A stretch of 64,000 nt of DNA from Anthoceros angustus (lineage: Eukaryota > Plantae > Anthocerotophyta): contig MU008168.1 in assembly GCA_010909165.1 (NCBI GenBank), positions 992,001 through 1,056,000 on the forward strand, in the 5' to 3' direction. Numbering within the stretch: position 1 is the first letter of the stretch; each line of letters begins with the position of its first letter. Shown here in pieces: positions 1 through 12,176 of this stretch. A model generated the notes under the pieces. That model did no database searches, had not been told where the DNA came from, and worked only from the letters and a program-made list of their open reading frames with translations. Position numbers and translations under genes: made by a program.

Positions 1-1063
1 TCTGGCTCCCACCACATAGGCACCAATTTTTTTGCTGTCTTAGAGTGTGGTTGGAGCTGACAGAGATTTGGCTCTCGCCAAGCACAAGGTGGCTGGAGCT
101 AGGAGAGATCTCGCTCTCACCAAGCACAAGGTCCCCATGACGGAGGTTGGATTGGAGGATAGGAAGGCGTTTGAATTGGAGGAGCACAAGAGGTTGCAAG
201 ACATGCCATCCTTCATGTAGCACCAGATTCATTGCTCGGGCACCGAGCCTCTTCACCCTCAATGCCACAGTGGAAAACTATTTCTAGCTTAGCAAATCTA
301 CAAACAACTTATGACCAACATACAAACGGTGACCAACATAGTTTCGAAGACTGAAGTGTTCATTGCAAGTTGAGTAAACAAAAGCTGTACATAATCAAAG
401 TGAATTATGCTTATAGAGATAACCTTAGTTATGATCTCCTTCATGGATTGTTTTGGCAAGAAAGTGTGAAGCTAACTGTTGGAGACTTCACGTATGTGTA
501 TGTGCGTGACATATAGAACTCTATAAAACGATAGATAATTTGGATTCATAAATGAACTTATAAAGTAATAACATCAGCTATGAATATAGTCCCGATAATC
601 CTACTCTTATAGGTATATAGCCTTTCATCTCATATCATATACAGGTGTTATAGGCACAGTAGACACGGAGCCGAATCACTCTTGTCTTACCATGATCCTT
701 GTGGTCCCCTTAAGTGTTCAACGGTAGATGGGCCCTCCTCATGTCGTTAGGATCTCAATAAAGATACCACTTTCATTTCATTTCATTTCCTTTCCTTTCC
801 TTTGGTTTGGTTTTGTTTTATTTTTGGTTCCGGTTGCCTTTCTGTCTTCCATCTTCTCCCCCTGGCGTAGAGGCCCTCAGTCGCCAGCAGCAAGCAGCAG
901 CAGGAGCAGCGGCCGCGACCATTACACCATCACCACTAACCCGGTCCCTGATCCCTAGCCGACCGTACCCGAACTCCACCACTTGAGGCGATAACGCGTC
1001 CCTTGGTCGTCTTGTCTCGTCTCGAGCAGCCAAGCCAAGCCAAGGAAGCGAAAGAAGCGAGGG

Positions 1064-2172
1064 ATGTTTTCCCTGCTGTACGGTCTGTGGAAGTATCTCT
1101 TCAGCAAAGCGGAGTTCCATGTGCTCATTCTAGGCATCGACAAGGCTGGCAAGACGGTGCTGCAATTTGCCCTGCAAAGCACGCACCAGCGAAGGCTGGC
1201 AGGGTCATCCTCCTCATGTCTCCTTTCCTTTCATGTCCCCGCAGACTCTGCTGGAGAAACTCAAGACACTCTACTCCGATCTCGATGGACTTCCCCCGGA
1301 TCGGATTGTGCCTACAGTAGGGCTCAACATTTGCAGGGTGGAGGCGCTCAAGTCGAAGCTCATCTTCTGGGATCTCGGGGGTCAGGTGTCACCCCTCGCT
1401 TCACCCATTTCTCCTTTCCCTTGTCCCTGCTCAATGGCCACTCATCTTTCCCTGGCCTGTGCAGCTTGGCTTGCGGAGTATATGGGAGAAATACTATGAA
1501 GAGGCTCATGCAATTCTTTACGTTGTGGATGCTGCTTGCCAACCTCGCCTTGAAGAGTCAAAGTCTGCTCTAGGTATGTATCTTCCCTTCACGGTGCTGC
1601 CGTCTTCTCCTTATCTAGGTGGTGCAGGAGCGGAAGTAAACAAAGAATGAATGGGTGCAGCCAAGGTTCTTCGACATGAAGATTTAGCTGGGGCACCAAT
1701 TCTCATCTTTGCAAACAAGCAGGTTGTTGCTTTTGCTACCGTTTCGTCTTACCGCTCAGTTACGCCACCAGCAAGTGCGCAGCACCCCTCCTCGCTGCCT
1801 CTCTCTTTCTCATGTGCGCCGTGGCCTTGTCTGTGCTTTGCTTCTAGGATCTAGCAGGAGCTTTGACAGCTGATGAGCTGTCCAGATATCTTGGTCTCAA
1901 AGAGCTGAGTGAGCGGGCGTCCATGGTCAAGGCAATCTCTGCGTATGACGGGTAACCAGTCGGCAAGGTTGGGTTTGATTGGATGGTTGTTGTTGCCAAG
2001 CTTCTGGGTCTGGCAGCAGCAAAAGCAGGTTGCCAATTCTGATTCCACGCAATGTCGGGATGCACGCAGCTCCGGCGTAAGGGACGGTATCATATGGCTG
2101 GTAGAAACCATGAAGAAGAGCAAACGGTTGGAGGAATACAAGCAAAGAGCTGATCTGGCCACAACGCTGTAG
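1064..2172 (+). CDS. ARFRP1: ARF-related protein 1 (ARFRP1/ARL3-type small GTPase), multi-exon
   Basis: Exon pieces in successive ORFs: MFSLLYGLWKYLFSKAEFHVLILGIDKAGKT (P-loop), IVPTVGLNI, IFWDLGGQ, RSIWEKYYEEAH, LIFANKQ/D, GIIWLVETMKKS...TTL*. Short GT-AG introns separate them. Confidence 0.9.
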
Positions 2173-2395
2173 ACAAGAGACGCCACAGACGTCTTGAGAA
2201 GCTCCTGGAGCGGGGCTGTGTGAGTGCTTCTCTACACCATGGTCAAGGGAAGGCGAATCACCTTCCCCTCGCCGGGTACTGTACACAACCTCTCAAACTG
2301 AGAACTCTCCTCCACAAGATCATGGGAGGTGGCCGCCCAGCCCATGTGTCCTAGCTATCATCTGGTATGGATATTCAGGACCTCATAATCGGGCA

Positions 2396-4494
2396 TCAAG
2401 CTCCATAGCTGCTGCTAGAGTTGTGAGTCTGACAACTACCTCCACAAGCTTGTGGTTGTGCTTCTGCTGATGAGGCCTGCGACGATGATGAGTGATTCTT
2501 CTCTTGTCGTGGCACCGCAAACGAATGCACCCCGTTGTCATGCTCCACCCAGCTCTCGCCTGCCTTTTTCCAGGCTCCTGCCTCCACTCTCATGGTGTCG
2601 ATGTGGGCCGCATCGTCCCACGTATGGGCATGCGAGTAGATGCTGGACATGGGCACGTATGCAGCAGAATGTCCCGCATACAAGGCTACAGCCTGCTCGA
2701 ATGCCCGTCTGCCCTGCACGACCCAGCAGATCCACCAAGCTCACATAGTGCTTGTTCCAATCCTCCGGCATGGCTGCATGCGCACAGCAGCGATGCAAAC
2801 GTCACCGCGTTGGGCTTCAAGGTGGCTGGCCCCTGTGGCAGTGAGTGAAAAACAGCTTCCGCCTCCACCATGCCTCCACATTTGCCGTACGTGTGGATGA
2901 CAGAGTTTGCTAGCTTCACACTCCTGTGGTGGAGCAACAAGAAGTTCTCATGTATCTCACGGCACACATGCAGAGCTCCAGTGCTGCCGCATGCCTTCAG
3001 GATGGCCACAAATGTGGCCTCACTGCGCTTGCACTCCTCCTTCATCCTTCATTGTGGCCCTGCAGCTGCTGAGCATATCCAGCAAACATGGTGTTCCAGG
3101 ACACCACATTTCGTGGAGGCAGATTTTCAAACACAAGCCAGGCATCGTCAATGCTGCCACACTTTGCATACAGGTGGATCAGAGTGTTGCCCACAAAGAT
3201 GTTGGATTCTACAACTCTACTCACAACTTGGGCGTGCACCACCTTCCCTTGTTGCAACGCTCCGGCCTTCGCACATTGCCCGCACACAAGGCTGTCTTGT
3301 TCCATGCCTGCCATGCTGCAGCATGCTTGCAGTAAGGTCACAAAGGTTCGTTCATCTGGGCTCACTCCCTTCTTCTGCATTTCCGCACGCAGGTGCTCGA
3401 CCTTGTCCACGTCCTGTTGCTGGACACATCCTGCAATGACTGCATTCCAAGTCACCACGTCGTGATGCTCCATCTTGTTGAACACAAACCATGCATCCTG
3501 AATGCTGCCACATTTCAAGTACATGTCCACCAGAGTGTTGGCCACGAACATGTCTGACTCGCATTGCATTCTCACCGCTTCTGCATGTACCAGCTTTCCC
3601 TTTTGCAGGGATGCCAGTTTCAATTTTACAGCTAGAGCAGGCTCTTCGTCGCCCTCTGTTGGACGGCAATCCGTCTCAGCAGCATCTTCCAGGCCTTCAA
3701 GGTTTCCACATGCTTTTAGCACTCACAAGCGTCCGTTTGTTTGGCATCACGCCTTCTTGTTGCATTTCCATGAATAGTTGCCAGGCCTGCTTGCCCTGCT
3801 CATGCTGGGTACATGCCGGAACCATGGCAGTCCATGACACCACATCCTGGCCCGGCAGGGAGCGGAACACTTGCATTGCATCCGCAATGCTCCCACAGCT
3901 GGCATACATGTCAGCGTGTACCTTCCTGCCCTTCTCCAGGTCTGCAAGAATGCCACACACTTTAAGCATGCTCACAAAGGTGTGGTGATTTGGCTCCACA
4001 CCTGCTTCCTGCATTTGCTCGTACAGCCTTACAGCCTTCTCAGCTTGACCTGAAGTGGCATGACCCCAAAGCATTGCCGTCCAAGAGGAAACAGTCTGTT
4101 GGGACTGGGACAAGCTATTGAAAACTTGAAGAGCATCGCACAGACCTCCGCACTTGACAAACGTGTCCACAAGATTCTCGCCCAAAACCATCAACAGCTG
4201 ACCGCCTTGTCTTGAGTTTGACATGTGAGCATACAGGCGTTTGGTCTCAGCCAATGCCTTCGTTTTCGAACACACCTGCAAGAGATATCTACAAGTGTGC
4301 ACTGGAGGAATATAGGCCTGCTGCTCCAGCAGCTGCAAGAAGGCATCCACTGCCTTCTTCACATCACCCTCCTCACAGCACCTCTTCAGAAGGTCGTCCG
4401 TTACTTCATCTGGACCATTCCTGCTGGACCATTCCACTTGAATCCCTGCTGTCATGTCATTCTCCTGCCAGGGCTTAGGAGAAACGAGAGGCAA
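2396..4494 (-). pseudogene. Frameshifted PLS-class PPR (E+ type) pseudogene
   Basis: Overlapping ORFs 3697-4494, 3042-3722, 2686-3045, 2538-2798 and 2396-2719 each carry consecutive PPR pieces (LVDMYLKCGSIQDAWFVF, VVTWNAVIAG, HYVSLVDLLGRAG). The last ends in an E+/PG-box-like GAWKKAGESWVEHDNGVHSF. At least four frame breaks. Confidence 0.8.
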
Positions 4495-5843
4495 GTGAGA
4501 GACTGGTGGGCGGCAATCAGGTGCTTGCTTCGGTCAACCTACGACATCGGCAGCCATGTTGTGCTCCCTTCCAGATCCAGGTTCAGGTCCAACTGCTGCA
4601 ACAACTTAGAAGCATGTCATTCTGCTGGATTGGGAGAATCAAAAGGAAGGCCCAGTATGTATCACTATCAAACATACTTACCAACACCCAGATGTCCTGC
4701 AACCAGGCGCTGCTGATTCTCTCATCAGCCTAGGGTGGCCATTGTTTGCTCCCTTCCCATCCTCCATGTCCAGGTGCTGGACCAACATATGAACTTTGTT
4801 CCAAGAGAGTAATGCGTGGCACCTCATACTGTAGCCAGTGCGGGCCCGTGTGGAACTGCTGCCACAACACGGCTCGCATCCTACCTGCTTCACGAGAACA
4901 ACAACCACGCTCCCTCCTACATGTTGCAGGTGCTTGCTTTGATGAGAGTCACAACAATACCTATCATAGGCCTTGCATACATCATGCACCACATAGGAGA
5001 AGACAACAACAGCACCGGTACCGACACACACACCATAGTCGATAGGGCAGGCATGTTCCGTCGTCTGATAAGCCACCAGCAGTTGTGTGCTGCTCCAGCT
5101 GCATCTCGGTCAGCTGCTGCTGCTACTCTGCACCTGCTGCCAGTGGTCCTGTGACGATTTTGGGCATGTGAATCGCCATCGTTGAATTGCAGCCCGAGTA
5201 AGAGCGAGTACACCATTTGTGGATCCATGGGACTCGGAATGGGAGGGGGCACCCCGGGGACATAGGCACCTAAACTTGCTTAAAGCTCTGCAACGAAGAA
5301 GGGGAAAGGAGGGGGGCGGAGCGCGAGATGAGCACAGGCGGCGGTCCATGTGCCACAAAGCGTCTTGTGTCATGCCTCAAACAGAGCAAAAGCAGTCCCA
5401 GGTCACCCATTGAGGAATGGTACACAAGTCTATCGAGTCTGCGGGGATCAGCGGGACGCAAGTCGGGTGGGTCTGCACCTTTCCTCCTCCCTCACAACTT
5501 TCTGTCGTTGTACACTTCCCCCTAGTGTGGTCCGATTCCATTGTGATAAGTTCTTGCGACTGCTACTGCTACAGCTGCAGATGAGCCAAGTACCGATCAT
5601 CGTTGTGCCAAGGTACACATACGTTTGACATTACCCAATGTTTTGGGTCCTGGGTTCGAGCCATTTTGCATTTGACCATGCCTGATGGGAACAGACCCAC
5701 CACCCGGCAAAGGCAGAAGCGCAGGAATTTTGGAGACAGCGTCATGAGTATGGCAAATCCGTCAGGTATGCATCCTACCCAGCAGCAGCAGCAGCAGCAG
5801 CAGCAGCCGTTACTAGCAGCATGGGTATGCTTGTCCGGTCCTG

Positions 5844-8800
5844 ATGCATCATGCATCATGCAGTTACAGGCTGAGCAGGACTGGAGGCTCTCCTCTACAG
5901 AGGAGCCACAAGGTGGGTGATGAGGATGGAGTGCTGGGTGAAGCCCTTCAGATACTGGACCTTATGGACCAGCAAGGAAGTTTCCTGTCCACCGATGTGT
6001 TGTACGGGGCTCTCAAGGGATGCATTCAGGACAAGAACGTGGACATGGGCAGGCGCGTTCATGACCTTATTGTGAAAAGCGGGTACGAGCTTGATCCATT
6101 TCTGGGAAACCACATCATCCGCATGTATGCTTCGGCTGGGAGTCTGCTGGAAGCAAACCAAGTGTTTTTCAAGCTGCCCGCACCAAACGCATTTGTGTGG
6201 ACCTCCATTATCTCAGCTCATTTGGAGCTCGGCCAAGCAGACGGAGCTGTCAAACTGTATAGACGGATGCGAGAGGCAGCTGCTGTAAGGCCAGACGACC
6301 ATCTCTTTGTGGCGGTCCTGAAAGCCTGTGCTACCTCAGGTGATTTGGCTGCTGGCAAGCTGGCGCACGCCCATGTGGTCGACTGTGGGTTGGAGCAGAA
6401 CATTTTTGTTGGGAACTCGCTGGTGGACATGTATGCAAAATGTGGGAGCATCCAGGATGCCCGCACCGTGTTTGATGGGTTGCTCGCAAGAGATGTGGTC
6501 ACGTGGAGCATCATGCTTGCCGCATGTACTCAGCATGGATATAGTGAGGAAGCTTTAAAGCTGTATGAGAGCATGAAAGAGGATGACATTGCTCCGGACA
6601 GGATCATGTTTGTGAACCTGTTGAAAGCTTGTAGCAGCATAGGAGCGGTCCAGGCAGGCAGGCAGATGCACTTTCAGATTGTCAAAACGGGATTTGAGGC
6701 AGACTTGTTGGTGGGGAACACGCTGGTGGACATGTATGCCAAGTGCGGGGACTTGGTGGCCGCTCGCAGAGTGTTTGACCAGTTGGATTGTCGTAACGTG
6801 GTGACTTGGAATGCCATGATTGCAGGCTATGTTGCTCAAGGTTGTGCTCAGGAGGCCCTGCTCCTTTATGAAGCTATGCTGCAGGAGAAAACGGAGGAGG
6901 TGGTACCGGACAATGTCACATTCATGAGTATCTTGAAAGCTTGTGGAAGTGTGCAAGGAATTCAGGAGGGCAAGCGGATTCATTCAGAAATTGGAAAGAG
7001 GGGCCTAGGTGCAGATGTCTCAGTGGGGAATGCCGTGGTTGACATGTATGCCAAATGTGGTCAAGTGCGTGATGCTCGCACAGCTTTCGACATGATGCCG
7101 AGCAGGAATGTGGTGTCATGGAATGCCATGATTGGCGGTTATGCTCAGCACGGGCAGGGTGAGGAAGCACTGAAGCTGTTTGACAGGATGCAACTGACTA
7201 GCGACTCGCCACCGGACAACATCACATTTGCCAGCGTTTTGAAGGCGTGTGGCAGCATTGGAGCCCTGCAGATAGGCAAGCGGATTCATGATCAAATTAT
7301 GGACAGAGAACTACTATGGGATGTGGTGGTGGGAAGCTCCCTGGTAGACATGTACGCTAAATGTGGGAGCCTTCATAAAGCTCGCCAAGTCTTTGACAGC
7401 TTGCCAGTCAGAAATGTTATAACATTTACTGCGATGATCACTGGATACGTGGAGAATGGTTGTCATCAAGAAGCTCTGAGCCTGTATGTAGATATGGAAC
7501 AGCAGCATGGTGTGGCAGCAGACCAAGTCACCCTGGTGAGTGCCTTGAAAGCGTGTGCTAGCGTAGGTGCCCTACAGAGGGGCAAAGACATTCATGCCCA
7601 AATCGAGAAAAGGGGTTATGGAATGGATGTGTCCGTGGGGAATGCCCTGTTGGAGCTGCATGCAAAATGTGAGAGCCCCCACTACACGCGCCTGGTGTTT
7701 GACAGGCTGAAGACTAAGAATGTGGTGACATGGAATACCATGATTGCAGCATATGTGGGGCATGGACATGGACAGCAAGCCCTCCAACTTTACTCACAGA
7801 TGCTGCACGCAGGCATCACTCCAGACTTTGTGACTTTGGTGAGCATGGTGAAGGCTTGTGGCATGGCAGGAGCCTTACATGAGGGCAAGCGCATTCATGC
7901 CGAGATATTGCAGAAGGAGGGACTGCTTGAAGAAGAAAAAGATAGCATGTGGGTGCTTGGGAGTGCCCTGGTGACCATGTACGGTGGGTGCGGGAGCCTG
8001 GAGGATGCTCGTAGGGTGTTTTACAGGCTACCGAAAAGAAACGCCGTGACCTGGACGGCGCTGATGGATACCTACGGCCAGCACAATGAGGGCAGCATGG
8101 CAATGCAGTGTTTCGAGGAGATGATCCAAGACGGTGTGCAGCCTGATGCCGGAACATTTACATGCTTGCTTGTGGCTTGTAGTCATGCAGGGCTGGTGAG
8201 TGAGGGGCTGCAGTACTTGGAAGCCATGGAAGCAAAACACGGCATCAAACCCAGGCTTGAGCACTACAACTGTGTAGTGGACCTGCTTGCCAGGTCAGGT
8301 CGGCTGCACGAAGCGGAGGCTCTACTGCGCAGCATGCCAGCATTGAAGCTGGACACCGTTGGTTGGACTGCGGTACTGAGTGCATGCAAGACTCATCAGG
8401 GCGGCCATTTGGATGTGGCAAGGCGCTGCTTTGAGCAACTGGTGCAGCTGGAGCCCCAGGGAGCTTCTGGGTATGTGCTCATGTCAGACATATTTGCCAG
8501 TGCTGGGAGGTGGGAAGAGGTGGAGGCGGTAGAGCAGCTGAGACTACGTGCCGGTGCTGAGAAGAAGCCTGCCCAGGCAAGTATCCAGGTGGAGGGTAAG
8601 GTGCACCAGTTTGTTGTCGGGGTGAAGAGGGACGACACTTCTGCCAAGCTGTCCAGTTTGATGAATCTGGAAACGGTTAACAAGGAAGAAACGGTCGACA
8701 AGCACGATGACGCTGCCCTGTGTGGGCATGCCGAGAAACTGGCTTTGGCATTTGGCCTTCTGAATACCCCTGCTGGTACGAGTCTTGTTGTGGACAAGAA

Positions 8801-8936
8801 TTTGCGAATGTGCAACCAGTGTCACAGCGGCACCAAGATGATTTCAAGGATAGAAGGTCGAGAGATTATTGTGAGAGATGCCCACCGCGTGCATCACTTC
8901 AAGGACGGCGCTTGCTCTTGTGGGGATTCTCCTTAG
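5844..8936 (+). CDS. PLS-PPR protein with DYW:KP deaminase-like domain (ends CSCGDSP), 1030 aa
   Basis: Intronless P-L-S repeats, E1/E2, KKPAQASIQV (KP box), HAEKLA, CNQCH, terminal CSCGDSP. Confidence 0.93.
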   Translation: MHHASCSYRLSRTGGSPLQRSHKVGDEDGVLGEALQILDLMDQQGSFLSTDVLYGALKGCIQDKNVDMGRRVHDLIVKSGYELDPFLGNHIIRMYASAGSLLEANQVFFKLPAPNAFVWTSIISAHLELGQADGAVKLYRRMREAAAVRPDDHLFVAVLKACATSGDLAAGKLAHAHVVDCGLEQNIFVGNSLVDMYAKCGSIQDARTVFDGLLARDVVTWSIMLAACTQHGYSEEALKLYESMKEDDIAPDRIMFVNLLKACSSIGAVQAGRQMHFQIVKTGFEADLLVGNTLVDMYAKCGDLVAARRVFDQLDCRNVVTWNAMIAGYVAQGCAQEALLLYEAMLQEKTEEVVPDNVTFMSILKACGSVQGIQEGKRIHSEIGKRGLGADVSVGNAVVDMYAKCGQVRDARTAFDMMPSRNVVSWNAMIGGYAQHGQGEEALKLFDRMQLTSDSPPDNITFASVLKACGSIGALQIGKRIHDQIMDRELLWDVVVGSSLVDMYAKCGSLHKARQVFDSLPVRNVITFTAMITGYVENGCHQEALSLYVDMEQQHGVAADQVTLVSALKACASVGALQRGKDIHAQIEKRGYGMDVSVGNALLELHAKCESPHYTRLVFDRLKTKNVVTWNTMIAAYVGHGHGQQALQLYSQMLHAGITPDFVTLVSMVKACGMAGALHEGKRIHAEILQKEGLLEEEKDSMWVLGSALVTMYGGCGSLEDARRVFYRLPKRNAVTWTALMDTYGQHNEGSMAMQCFEEMIQDGVQPDAGTFTCLLVACSHAGLVSEGLQYLEAMEAKHGIKPRLEHYNCVVDLLARSGRLHEAEALLRSMPALKLDTVGWTAVLSACKTHQGGHLDVARRCFEQLVQLEPQGASGYVLMSDIFASAGRWEEVEAVEQLRLRAGAEKKPAQASIQVEGKVHQFVVGVKRDDTSAKLSSLMNLETVNKEETVDKHDDAALCGHAEKLALAFGLLNTPAGTSLVVDKNLRMCNQCHSGTKMISRIEGREIIVRDAHRVHHFKDGACSCGDSP

Positions 8937-9558
8937 CACGGACCAGAAAGGCAAGTCGATCAACTATTCTCACACCATTGCTGCAGCAGAAGCAGCAGCA
9001 AGTCGCTCCCCTCTTATCAATTTTCCTACTTTACAGTTCACACTAAATCTCATGGTAGAGTACACGTAAATAGCTATGTAGCTACTCCAGCCTCGATGTT
9101 TTACCACCACACTACCTTCTGCAACTCTAACCAATAGCGCAGAAGAAAAAAATCTGCTGCGATAACAACCACCACCTGAGAAGAGTAGCGCGTGAAGGTG
9201 GGGAATTGTGCCATGTCCCCCAGTCGAGCTGCTCCCAATAACAAGGTGGCTGAGCTTCCATCCGCTGGCAGTCCACTGGTTGCCAACCTTGAAGCCAAGC
9301 TGTCTCGCAAGACAAACGGTTTACCTCTTCTTCCCTAGCAGATTGCCAACAACACCAGGCAGGAGTCTTCCCTTTGGCTTGGTTGGCTTGTCAGGGAAGG
9401 GAGGGGAAGGGAAGGAAAAGGGTCCTCTCTTCTCCCTCTCCTGCCCTGGCTGACGGGTGACAAATTCATCCTGACAAAGAAAAGCAGAATCTATACCCCC
9501 AAAACCCACACCACTGCAAGCGCAGGGTGACTTTCACTAGCAGTTAGTTATTGGCTGG

Positions 9559-11561
9559 TCAAGCACAGAGAACTACAAGACAGGTTAGTGTGGAAAAGAC
9601 CATCAAAAGGAAGCTAGTGATTGCGGCAGGCCCCCTCAAGTGCAGTGAGGGGGCTGCGCTGGGCAGTTGGGGATAATCATCGGGATCAGGTAATACACAG
9701 TCGTCACCGTTGAAGTAAATCCTGCGAGGGAATGCCCAACCTTGCTTGAAAGTGAAGCTGGACGGGTCCTTCCGAAACAGAATCTCCGACTGCACATTCC
9801 CGTCAGGCCCAGCTGACATCAGCATGTCGTTGAAGTACTTGATCCCGTAGAAGACTGCTGTATTATCTGCAAGCAAGGTACAAAACATTTGAGAGAGTGC
9901 GAGTGTGAATGCGATAAAAGACGAGAGCCCTAGGGCGAGAGGAGCAGCCAAAAGCAGCAAAGTCCGGCGAAGCAACTAAACTGAAAAGGAAGGAAGGAAG
10001 GGAGGAAGGAAGGTAGGTAGGTAGGTAAGGTAGGAAGGATCCTTAGGAAGACGCAAGCAGGCAAGCAAAGAAGGAAATATTTTACTTATGTCGCCGTAAG
10101 GAGAAATGCCCCTGTAGGTGAAACTGAAAGCTTGGGTGAAGTTGTCGAAATTGGGATGCTGCGCCACAATATTCCACTGTGTGTAATTCTTGAAAAGGTT
10201 CCTGTTGGTGATGGTGATCTTCACCCTCCAATATTCCACATAATTGGTTTTGACATGCCAGTGTATCTTCACCGGGCACATGTCGTTGGTGCAGTACAAC
10301 CCAGGATTCTTCAAGCCGCTCCTGAGAGCAGCTGCGACAGCAAGCTTGTTATCCCTGCAAGCATAGCAGAAGCAGTAGGGTGTGAGTGCAATGAAGGGGA
10401 TGGCAGCAGCAACAGGGAGGAAAGAGAGGGAAATTGGGGGTGGTCTCACGGGTCCACACAAGTTGGTCCAGTAGGACTGGTGATGTTTGCTTGGCAAGCA
10501 CAGGAGCATGTTTGGCAAGGGACAATCTTTTCGTCGTAGAAGGCCGAATAGGAGACGCAACAGGTGGGTGCCTTGTGTGCCAGGAGTTGTGAGTAGACAC
10601 AGGTGACATTCCAGGTCACTGCATGCCAGAGCCAATGCCACTGTCAGGAGGAGAAGAAGGGTGATGGTGAGGCAAGCAGGCATTGCAGCAGCATGAGGAG
10701 CACTCACTGAGAGCTTGCGAGAACCTTCTGCCGTCAGGGGTAGGGAACAATGTCTGTTTGCCCAGTATGGCGGGACCACAGGTGTAACCGGGACCCGGCG
10801 TGGACAGCGTGAAGTCCTTGGGCAGCAGCACAGTGGTGTTGGTATTACCCGACTTCCCCACACTGACCTGGAAGGAAGCCACAGAATTGGCTGGGTCCTG
10901 CAAGTAGGAAGCGAGCACGCCGCCCCGGCAGCAGTTGCCTATCTGATTGTTGTAGGGCACTCCGGGGAGCAAGTCCACGATCTGCGGGTCTCGCTTGCAG
11001 CAGTGCGGCAAGGCACCGCCAGCAAATGCGCTGCAGTCGCCCTGCATGGTGGCCTGCGCTCCCACCATGGTCCAGATCACCTCGTCCTTCGCCCAGGTCC
11101 ACCCCAGCGTCCATCCCGGGGACTGGATGTGCCGGTACTGTTGGAAATTGTACATGGACACCACGGCCTGCAGCAACCCAACATCATTGCATGCCATGGC
11201 GTTGCATCCCGTCGCATACCGGTGTTCAAGGCCAAGGCAAAGGGAGGGGAAGGAAATGCTGCTTACCACATAACCGTCGGGAGCCCACATCATGAGATCC
11301 CACTTGATGGTAATGGTGCCGTACGGGTCCAGGGCATCGAGAGCATCTGCAACGGAGCCAGGGAGGCAGTGTGAGCAGGAGGAAGAGAAGGAGGCAATGG
11401 GTGCTCAGAACCGCAATGTCGGGAATGCAGAACGAATGAGCAGTGGATGACAACTGACCAAGCCTGGAGGGGAGCGTCGAAACGAGGAGGAAGAGCAAGA
11501 GCAGCAGCAATGGTGAAGCCCCTGCTGCTGGTTGTGGCAAGAAGGAGGAAAACGAGGCCAT
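9559..11561 (-). CDS. COBL: COBRA-like GPI-anchored protein, multi-exon
   Basis: N-terminal signal peptide; WAPDGYV/AVVSMYNFQQYRHIQSPGWTLGWTWAKDEVIW; CCKRDPQIVDLLPG; CPVKIHWHVKTNYVEYWRVKITITN; FTFKQGWAFPRRIYFNGDDCVLP; hydrophobic C-terminal GPI signal. Confidence 0.92.
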
Positions 11562-12176
11562 TTTTCCTCCCTGTTCCTGCTGCTACTCTTGCTCACTCAC
11601 GCCTTTCTTTCCTCAGCCTGCTGCTGCTGCTGCTTGGTGAGATCATCAGGCAAAGAGAGAGAGAGAGAGATGCTGCTGATGCCAGGAGGAGGAGGAGGAG
11701 GAGGAGGAAGCAGCTGCGGGCCTTGGATTGCTCTTCGTGGGTTGCTGCTCCCGAGTCCTCCTCCTCACAGCCCAGAGGCGCCGGATGAGGCGGGGGCGGA
11801 AGGCGGGGCTTCTGCCCTGGAAACGTAAGAATATGTGTGCGCGCCAGCCAGCCAGCCAGGCATCCGTTGCCTGGGTTGTGAAAAGGCAAAGCAAAGGGGG
11901 AAGAAAGGACCCACAACTGGCACACCACCGGCTCTGGCCTGCCCGAGTAACGGAGAGGAGAGGAGAGGTTGAAACGCGACTTCACTGCGTCTAGATAGTT
12001 TTGAACTCATTTCACACTTGCTCCTTCTCCAACCACCCATAGTACCCGTCTGCCAACCGACGTCTCGCCTCCTCTCTCTCTCTCTTTCAAGAGGGATGTA
12101 CTAACCACCACATCACCGACTCTTTGACGCAGCCGCTGCCCTGTCGTCTTCTCCCCACCCCCTTCTGAAACCCTAA

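Noticed and set aside
4678-5860. Several 60-130-aa ORFs between the first two PPR loci
   Set aside because: No recognisable motifs; they overlap in many frames as expected for GC-rich intergenic or UTR DNA with a CAG microsatellite.
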